Source: a virus. Taken from it: a stretch of 64,000 nt of DNA. Position 1 is the first letter of the stretch. Each line of letters begins with the position of its first letter. A program made the translations under genes and the position numbers. The stretch spans positions 30,592 through 94,591 of the IMG/VR virus record IMGVR_UViG_3300008120_000012. One strand, given 5' to 3'. Under the pieces are notes generated by a model that made no database searches, was not told where the DNA came from, and saw only the letters and a program-made list of their open reading frames with translations. Positions 58,899 through 64,000 of the stretch are shown here, piece by piece.

Positions 58899-58972
58899 TG
58901 CAACAGGTAGGACTTGAACCTACGATAACCGAATTATGAGTTCGGGGCCTTAACCGACTTGGCTACTGTTGC
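58899..58972 (-). tRNA. tRNA with CAT anticodon (elongator Met or Ile2)
   Basis: GCAACAG/CTGTTGC acceptor stem, CCGAA-CTCATAA-TTCGG anticodon arm, GTAGG-TTCAAGT-CCTAC T arm; CCA not encoded. Confidence 0.9.
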
Positions 58973-59493
58973 TTGTTAAACATTATAGAAATACCTGCTC
59001 TAGGTGTGATAGATTTAACTTCATGGGTAGTATTTGCAGGTACAAAAATAATATCTCCGTTTTCTAATCTAAATACCTGCTCTTCCATACCAACCTGAAC
59101 ATGCCAATCAACTGCCCCTTCGCACTGTAAATAAAATACTTCATAACTATCTTCATGTCTTCCAACAGTAGGTTCCATCGTAGTAAAACTTATCATGCCA
59201 AAAGCAGTTTTAAACTCAGAATCTAAAAATGATCCTAAGATTGTTAATACATCTTTTAAACCTTTATGATGTAAATGAGCATTGTCTAACATTATTGTGT
59301 ATGGACTCCAAAAATGTGCTTGTCCAACAGTTTTATGTAAATTATCTCTTACCGCAGCATCATCTTGATGCATAGCAAAATCTAAATGATTGATAAAATT
59401 AGACCAGTTAGAAGTGTTTGGAAAAATACCTTTAAACAAAATTGGAGTTTTGTTTATTTTTGCTAACTGTATTGTCTCACGATTCATATTCAT
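58963..59493 (-). CDS. cupin/JmjC-like oxygenase
   Basis: HED...FYLQCEGAVDW...LENGDIIFVPANTTHEV. Confidence 0.75.
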   Translation of the reverse strand: MNMNRETIQLAKINKTPILFKGIFPNTSNWSNFINHLDFAMHQDDAAVRDNLHKTVGQAHFWSPYTIMLDNAHLHHKGLKDVLTILGSFLDSEFKTAFGMISFTTMEPTVGRHEDSYEVFYLQCEGAVDWHVQVGMEEQVFRLENGDIIFVPANTTHEVKSITPRAGISIMFNKQQ

Positions 59494-59499
59494 ATTGTA

Positions 59500-59766
59500 C
59501 TATGATTTTGTTTTAGGTTTAGGCATTCTTTCTTTTATTAATACCTCAACAAAATCCACCCCTTCAATATAAGCCAACGCATCATCTTTAGCCCATAAAA
59601 GATTACCCTCTTTATCAAAAGAACTGCCCCTATATTCAAGATATTCTTTTTTGTGGTCATTGATTAATTGTAGCAATTGTTTTCTTTCAAAAGCAACTGC
59701 CTTTGCACATCCAGCGCATGGACATGCCCAATCCCCACGACTAGGTGTTTGATTTGGATCAGCCAT
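59500..59766 (-). CDS. hypothetical protein
   Basis: WACPCAGC motif. Confidence 0.55.
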   Translation of the reverse strand: MADPNQTPSRGDWACPCAGCAKAVAFERKQLLQLINDHKKEYLEYRGSSFDKEGNLLWAKDDALAYIEGVDFVEVLIKERMPKPKTKS

Positions 59767-59872
59767 TGTGCTCTTTCATGTGTCTATTTAATGTGTCATG
59801 ACCAAAAATACCCCAACGCAATTCTATCTCTTTTTGACATACATCGCAAATAACTACACGATTACTCGCCAC
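59759..59872 (-). CDS. C2H2-like micro-protein (37 aa)
   Basis: CDVC...LNRHMKEH; overlaps both neighbours. Confidence 0.45.
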   Translation of the reverse strand: MASNRVVICDVCQKEIELRWGIFGHDTLNRHMKEHNG

Positions 59873-59957
59873 TTTGATCAACCCCATACGTCATTTGAAT
59901 ATAGCATACAAACCAACCGCAAATAAAAGCGGGGATAAGCCATAAAGCATGAATCAT
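59862..59957 (-). CDS. micro membrane protein (31 aa)
   Basis: MIHALWLIPAFICGWFVCYI; ATGA overlap with the glycosylase gene. Confidence 0.45.
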   Translation of the reverse strand: MIHALWLIPAFICGWFVCYIQMTYGVDQSGE

Positions 59958-60439
59958 TTTGTTCTCCCTTCATGAGTTACCCAATAATATTTACATGTAG
60001 AGCAACATGGTTGGTTATATATACTATGTTTTGCATAACCAAAATGTGCATAATATATTGGATCTTTGTCAAATAAACTTGCTTTATGTGTTGTTACTAC
60101 ACGCATTAATTTTGTTTTATCATACCAAAATGATGGTGCATTATTACCCCAATCATCCCAGCATTGATCTTTTAGTCTATTAAGATTTGCTTCATTGTTT
60201 TCTGTACGAATGCCACGTTTACGAGCCTCATGAATCATGGCTTGCACATAACTCCACAAACCACGCTCAAAACCTTTCCACATAAGCACAGCAGGATGAT
60301 TACGCCATCCACCAGTAGGCGACTTACCAGATAAAACATTAAGGATTTGATAGCATTCAAGTATCTGCTTATTTAATCTTTTGCTGTCAAGCATACTAGC
60401 AGTAACCACAGCATTTGATGATGGTAAAAAAGTTTGCAT
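59954..60439 (-). CDS. pyrimidine-dimer DNA glycosylase/endonuclease V family
   Basis: MQTFLP...LDSKRLNKQILEC...WRNHPAVLMW. Confidence 0.85.
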   Translation of the reverse strand: MQTFLPSSNAVVTASMLDSKRLNKQILECYQILNVLSGKSPTGGWRNHPAVLMWKGFERGLWSYVQAMIHEARKRGIRTENNEANLNRLKDQCWDDWGNNAPSFWYDKTKLMRVVTTHKASLFDKDPIYYAHFGYAKHSIYNQPCCSTCKYYWVTHEGRTK

Positions 60440-60445
60440 ATAACC

Positions 60446-60474
60446 AGTATATCAATGCATGATTAAGATGTCAA
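60446..60474 (-). promoter_or_regulatory. sigma70-type promoter giving a leaderless mRNA
   Basis: TTGACA-17-TATACT, ATG 6 nt downstream. Confidence 0.7.
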
Positions 60475-60475
60475 G

Positions 60476-60919
60476 TTATTCGCAAATATAAGAAAATGAC
60501 ATGTGGAATTTATCTTCAGCACCTGGAGAAAATGGAGTATTAAAATCCATTGGCTCATCATTTCCAGATCCAGCATGTTGCCATAATGTCATAGTTGTAC
60601 TAGAAGGAACTAAGTGTCCTTTTAAACTGTAATGACGCAATGTTGGTAAAGTATCATGCGCTGAACCGCCATAAACATCTGTGTGATATTTAGATGCAAA
60701 TGGTAAAGTTAAAGAGTATTGTCCTGTGCCAAAGTTAGTAACAGTAGTATACAAAACATCAATTTGTACTATAACTAAATTACCAATCTTAATATAAGAT
60801 CCAGTTGCTGGTGTTCCAGTAAATGCAAGACCAGTTCCAGCCCAAGTAGGTGAGTATGTTTTAATTTCTGTTGTTAAGCCATCAGTATCGCCAAATGCTG
60901 GATGAGTAAAACGTGCCAT
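60476..60919 (-). CDS. tail-fibre-head-like beta protein
   Basis: YSPTW...GSYIKIGNLVIV...LTLPF. Confidence 0.5.
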   Translation of the reverse strand: MARFTHPAFGDTDGLTTEIKTYSPTWAGTGLAFTGTPATGSYIKIGNLVIVQIDVLYTTVTNFGTGQYSLTLPFASKYHTDVYGGSAHDTLPTLRHYSLKGHLVPSSTTMTLWQHAGSGNDEPMDFNTPFSPGAEDKFHMSFSYICE

Positions 60920-61203
60920 TATATTGCAGTCTCCAAACCAATTTGAATTACTGCTACTGACATTCCAGTTGTAGATGCAATAGCATAAAGTGCATCAGAG
61001 CCAGGAAGTTCAAAGGAAATAGAATGATTTGGCAAAATTCTAAAACCATAATTGGTTGAAGAAACAGTTTCATCTCCACCAAGATAAATATATCCAGATG
61101 CATTTACGTTTTGAACAGTAAAATCTAATCCAGAATGTGAGCCAAACGGAGTTAATCGTAAAGGCGTTGTATTGCTAACTGCGGTTAATGAATGCTGTGT
61201 CAT
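60919..61203 (-). CDS. small beta-rich protein
   Basis: TVQN...IYLGG..V....GF.I.P...LYAIA. Confidence 0.55.
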   Translation of the reverse strand: MTQHSLTAVSNTTPLRLTPFGSHSGLDFTVQNVNASGYIYLGGDETVSSTNYGFRILPNHSISFELPGSDALYAIASTTGMSVAVIQIGLETAI

Positions 61204-61451
61204 GTTGTAATTATATCATTCTTTTCATTTTGTCCACGAGCAATGGCAGCGCATATTTTAAAGGCTTTTTCAGTTCGGCGGGATTTAAGAAGGCCCATTC
61301 TTTTCCATAAAGGAACAGTAGCCTCTATATCCTGTGCAATCTGCTCTCTGATTTCTTTAACAGTCAAGATAACTAATTGCATCACATCAGCCTTTTGATC
61401 ATCAGTTAAATCATCAAAGGTACTTTTAGAAACAACGTTATCTTCAGACAT
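61200..61451 (-). CDS. hypothetical protein
   Basis: EIREQIAQDIEA...CAAIARG. Confidence 0.55.
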   Translation of the reverse strand: MSEDNVVSKSTFDDLTDDQKADVMQLVILTVKEIREQIAQDIEATVPLWKRMGLLKSRRTEKAFKICAAIARGQNEKNDIITT

Positions 61452-61605
61452 ATGTTTCTTTTAGCATTGTAAGAATATCATCATATACACCCTTAACCCA
61501 AAGGTATCTTGGATCTGAAGGATCGTTGAGTGCATTAGTTTCCAATACAGTTTTACATCTTTCTTCAATAAGATAAATAATCTTATCTTTTGTATCTTCT
61601 GCCAT
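61444..61605 (-). CDS. small hypothetical protein (53 aa)
   Basis: AGGGGG RBS; overlaps the next start. Confidence 0.45.
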   Translation of the reverse strand: MAEDTKDKIIYLIEERCKTVLETNALNDPSDPRYLWVKGVYDDILTMLKETYV

Positions 61606-61613
61606 TTTTCCCC

Positions 61614-61859
61614 CTATAGTTCTTCTATGTTTTCATCAAATTCTTCTGCAAAAGAATTTATTTCATAAAAAGTTCCCCATTTTTGATAAATGGGATATGT
61701 AACCTTATAGATATATGAATACACTTTATACTTTAATCCAAAATTATTATCCTCATCCAGCATAGCAATTTTCCAAATCGCTGTTCCATTGATTTCACCA
61801 ACAAAATTGGCAAACCAGCGCAAAGGTGGTTTTGAATTGTGTATAACAGTTGTCTTCAT
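61614..61859 (-). CDS. hypothetical protein
   Basis: 81-aa ORF with TTGACA upstream. Confidence 0.55.
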   Translation of the reverse strand: MKTTVIHNSKPPLRWFANFVGEINGTAIWKIAMLDEDNNFGLKYKVYSYIYKVTYPIYQKWGTFYEINSFAEEFDENIEEL

Positions 61860-61890
61860 GATTCTATTATTCCATAAAAGTTTTCATATG

Positions 61891-61986
61891 TCAAGACTTA
61901 GGAACGAGTCTTTCCCAACCGCATCTTTGGCAGTAGTATAAAATCTTATCTCCCATGTCTAATTCTTGATATCTGTGTAGGTGCAT
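61891..61986 (-). CDS. micro Zn-binding protein (31 aa)
   Basis: MHLHRY...YCQRCG; TATAAT a few nt upstream. Confidence 0.4.
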   Translation of the reverse strand: MHLHRYQELDMGDKILYYCQRCGWERLVPKS

Positions 61987-61996
61987 TTTAATATTA

Positions 61997-62080
61997 TAAC
62001 AGAAAGGGGGCTGCTAGTTGTAATCAGAAAGGGAATTTTACTAGCAGCCCCTCTGCTCCACAGAAAGGGAAAGGAGCAGT
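61997..62080 (-). ncRNA. candidate twin-hairpin sRNA with UUCCCUUUCUG loops
   Basis: Two adjacent stem-loops carrying the same 11-nt loop motif, directly behind a consensus promoter. Confidence 0.65.
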
Positions 62081-62086
62081 ACTATA

Positions 62087-62115
62087 AGTATAGCAAGGGT
62101 AGATCGTGATGTCAA
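62087..62115 (-). promoter_or_regulatory. consensus promoter of the sRNA
   Basis: TTGACA-17-TATACT with TGC extension. Confidence 0.75.
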
Positions 62116-62116
62116 A

Positions 62117-63073
62117 TTAGGGGTTAAGGTCGTCTTTTATTAGATCAAAAAATTTTTCAGCAATATGTATTTGAGAGTGACTTCCAAAGTGTTGATTATC
62201 TGCTGCTATATTATAAGTTTTATTGTCTTTTTGTTGCAAATTTTGATGACATGAAAAATTTACAATTTTATTTTTTTTGGATATTTTTGAATATATATTT
62301 GCTTCATCTAAATCATTAATATAGTACCTAAAATAGGTAGGGTCTGACATAGATTTTATTTTATTAAAAAATGCTGTAGAAAGGGTGCTCCATGTTCCCC
62401 AATATAGTTTAATTCCACTTACAAAACAATATTGTTCTAATAAATGTATTTGTTGTATTGTATAAAAATGAACAAATTCAATAGGCAAAACATCACTAAC
62501 ACTGTGGGGCAATTTAGAATATTGTGGCTGCCAACTTTCTGAATCATTACTTATAAAATTTGCATAGCAGATGTCTGTTAGAAATGGTTTTACTTCTTTG
62601 TTTGTGTAACAATAAAAATCGCTGTATGGTATGCCAAGATCTTCAAATCTTCCTGGAATAAGTGGTAAATAAACTCTATTTATATCTGGCCAAAGACATA
62701 AAATAATCTCTGGATTGCCAAACTTTCTTATGTAAGCAAAAATTCTATAAATTAACCCTATTATAGACCCCCCATTTACACTTAAATTTGCACATTCTTT
62801 ATTAGACCATTTTTTTATATAATTAGGCCAAATATATTTTTCTTCTAATCCTTGCCCAAATGTCATTGAACAACCCACCATAAGTATATCTGCTAGTTTT
62901 GTAAAATCATCATCTCTATATCCATAATTATTTATTCTTCCTTTATCTATTGTTATTGTCTCAGGATCATATTGGTTTAACTTTATGTTGTCAGATAGTC
63001 TTAAGTTATTTAAAAAAATTTTTTTTAAACTATCATCGGTCCAGGTTTGTTTTTTACCCATAAAATAATTCAT
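62117..63073 (-). CDS. SGNH/GDSL-like hydrolase (paralog of 45165..46109)
   Basis: NNYGYR, VGCSMTFG, NLSVNG, DNQH. Confidence 0.65.
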   Translation of the reverse strand: MNYFMGKKQTWTDDSLKKIFLNNLRLSDNIKLNQYDPETITIDKGRINNYGYRDDDFTKLADILMVGCSMTFGQGLEEKYIWPNYIKKWSNKECANLSVNGGSIIGLIYRIFAYIRKFGNPEIILCLWPDINRVYLPLIPGRFEDLGIPYSDFYCYTNKEVKPFLTDICYANFISNDSESWQPQYSKLPHSVSDVLPIEFVHFYTIQQIHLLEQYCFVSGIKLYWGTWSTLSTAFFNKIKSMSDPTYFRYYINDLDEANIYSKISKKNKIVNFSCHQNLQQKDNKTYNIAADNQHFGSHSQIHIAEKFFDLIKDDLNP

Positions 63074-63184
63074 TTAATAAATAAACCAACCCTTTTTACT
63101 ATTTTTGTTTCTAATAATTTTGTTTTTTATTAATGAATATTTAAAATATAAAAATAAAATTTTATTAATTATTTGCTTTTTCAT
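63074..63184 (-). CDS. basic micro-protein ending in FIY (36 aa)
   Basis: MKKQIINKILFLYFKY...KKGWFIY; leaderless behind TGATATAAT; abuts the SGNH start. Confidence 0.45.
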   Translation of the reverse strand: MKKQIINKILFLYFKYSLIKNKIIRNKNSKKGWFIY

Positions 63185-63196
63185 ATACAAATTATA

Positions 63197-63388
63197 TCAT
63201 TTGTTGTCTGGATGATCTAATGGAGTAGGGGCAGTAATTAAACACTTACAAGACATACATTCAGCATCATCTAATAAATACATTTGTATTTCATATGTAT
63301 TGGGGTCAAATTCAGCAGTGATTCTAAGCAGAGTAGACCCACAACATGGACATACTGGAGTTGGGATACCTCTTACATCTAATGTCAT
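63197..63388 (-). CDS. Zn-ribbon hypothetical protein
   Basis: RGIPTPVCPCCG...CMSC...TAPTP. Confidence 0.65.
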   Translation of the reverse strand: MTLDVRGIPTPVCPCCGSTLLRITAEFDPNTYEIQMYLLDDAECMSCKCLITAPTPLDHPDNK

Positions 63389-63573
63389 ATATCCCACCAA
63401 ACCCTTATAGTTCCGCCACAATGATCACATTTATATTTAATATGTTTACCCTCATCATAATGCTGTTTATATAGTTTTGCCTGTAGTTTCATGTCAGGTT
63501 CGTGCGTATCTTTTCCACAATATGGGCATATTTCCGCACCAACATACTCGTATACATGTTTACAAAATGTCAT
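63385..63573 (-). CDS. Zn-binding hypothetical protein
   Basis: CKH, CPYCG, CDHCG. Confidence 0.55.
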   Translation of the reverse strand: MTFCKHVYEYVGAEICPYCGKDTHEPDMKLQAKLYKQHYDEGKHIKYKCDHCGGTIRVWWDI

Positions 63574-63665
63574 ACTAGTGCTGCAAACACAATCGCTACT
63601 AATACTAAAACACTTATTAATGAAACAAATGCTTTAAAATTTTTATCTGCCTTTTCTTTATTCAT
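63570..63665 (-). CDS. micro membrane protein (31 aa)
   Basis: Single TM; ATGA overlap with the next gene. Confidence 0.45.
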   Translation of the reverse strand: MNKEKADKNFKAFVSLISVLVLVAIVFAALV

Positions 63666-63667
63666 AA

Positions 63668-63793
63668 TCACCCCATAAATCTAAAACTAAAATGTTTTGG
63701 GCATACGTTAATTATCTGACCTGTATCTTTCTCAGGCTGCGTATATTCTGCCTTGCTGCTGCAGTAGTAACATAACTCTTTTGTGGCTATCAT
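63668..63793 (-). CDS. micro Zn-finger protein (41 aa)
   Basis: CYYC...VCPKH. Confidence 0.45.
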   Translation of the reverse strand: MIATKELCYYCSSKAEYTQPEKDTGQIINVCPKHFSFRFMG

Positions 63794-63808
63794 TGTCTTT
63801 ATATTCTA

Positions 63809-64000
63809 TCATAAATCGTAAGATGGTGCTGGGTGATCTTCTTTAAATTTTTTATCAGGGTACAGATGATTCCTAGGATTAACCAGATGGGCATCGCTTT
63901 TATCATGCCCAAATGTTATTAGAATATGTCTATTGGGGCCAGCCTCTAAGGGTCTTACTCCATGATCATATTTTTTATGAACTCCAGGAAACATTATTAA
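63809..64000 (-). CDS. 2OG-Fe(II) oxygenase, prolyl-hydroxylase-like, C-terminal part (partial)
   Basis: LIMFPG...HGVRPLEAGPNR, distal His and 2OG-binding Arg motif; frame open to the window edge. Confidence 0.7.
   Translation of the reverse strand, partial: LIMFPGVHKKYDHGVRPLEAGPNRHILITFGHDKSDAHLVNPRNHLYPDKKFKEDHPAPSYDL

Noticed and set aside
62000-62080. Plus-strand CsrA/Rsm-type sponge (GGA in loops)
   Set aside because: The only clear promoter faces the minus strand; kept only as a weaker alternative
1-64000. Alternative genetic code, integrase/prophage boundary, reverse transcriptase (DGR or retron)
   Set aside because: Genes are intact under code 11 with all three stops used; no integrase, host flank or RT seen

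Overview
64-kb, AT-rich, gene-dense segment of a large lytic-type tailed dsDNA phage with a siphovirus-like tail module. The host is probably an actinobacterium (WhiB gene, DnaE-type polymerase, many leaderless-looking genes), and low-GC freshwater Actinobacteria is my inference. + strand (1-56.2 kb): head genes (portal, HK97-type protease/scaffold, major capsid); neck and tail genes including a 2322-aa tape measure; replication/recombination (DnaB, DnaG, SSB, DnaE, MazG, RecA, two resolvases, Cas4-like nuclease); terminase; secreted and lysis genes; then accessory genes (Ntn-hydrolase, SGNH, carbamoyltransferase, Hsp20, HNH, SNase, WhiB, APS kinase-nucleotidyltransferase fusion, GT60, IMPDH). 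- strand (56.2-64 kb): glycosyltransferase/FkbM operon, a tRNA(CAT), cupin, DenV-like glycosylase, small proteins and a partial 2OG-Fe(II) oxygenase. Most notable observations: (1) a promoter-driven twin-hairpin sRNA candidate with UUCCCUUUCUG anti-RBS-like loops; (2) a second rod-shaped sRNA candidate; (3) a stand-alone mini-protein copying the capsid N-arm; (4) a modular protein punctuated by K|A/S sites and ending like the scaffold; (5) tail chaperones made by gene duplication rather than frameshift; (6) an ATT-initiated PA14 protein; (7) a dispersed glycan-tailoring toolkit. All calls are from motif recognition; no database searches were run.
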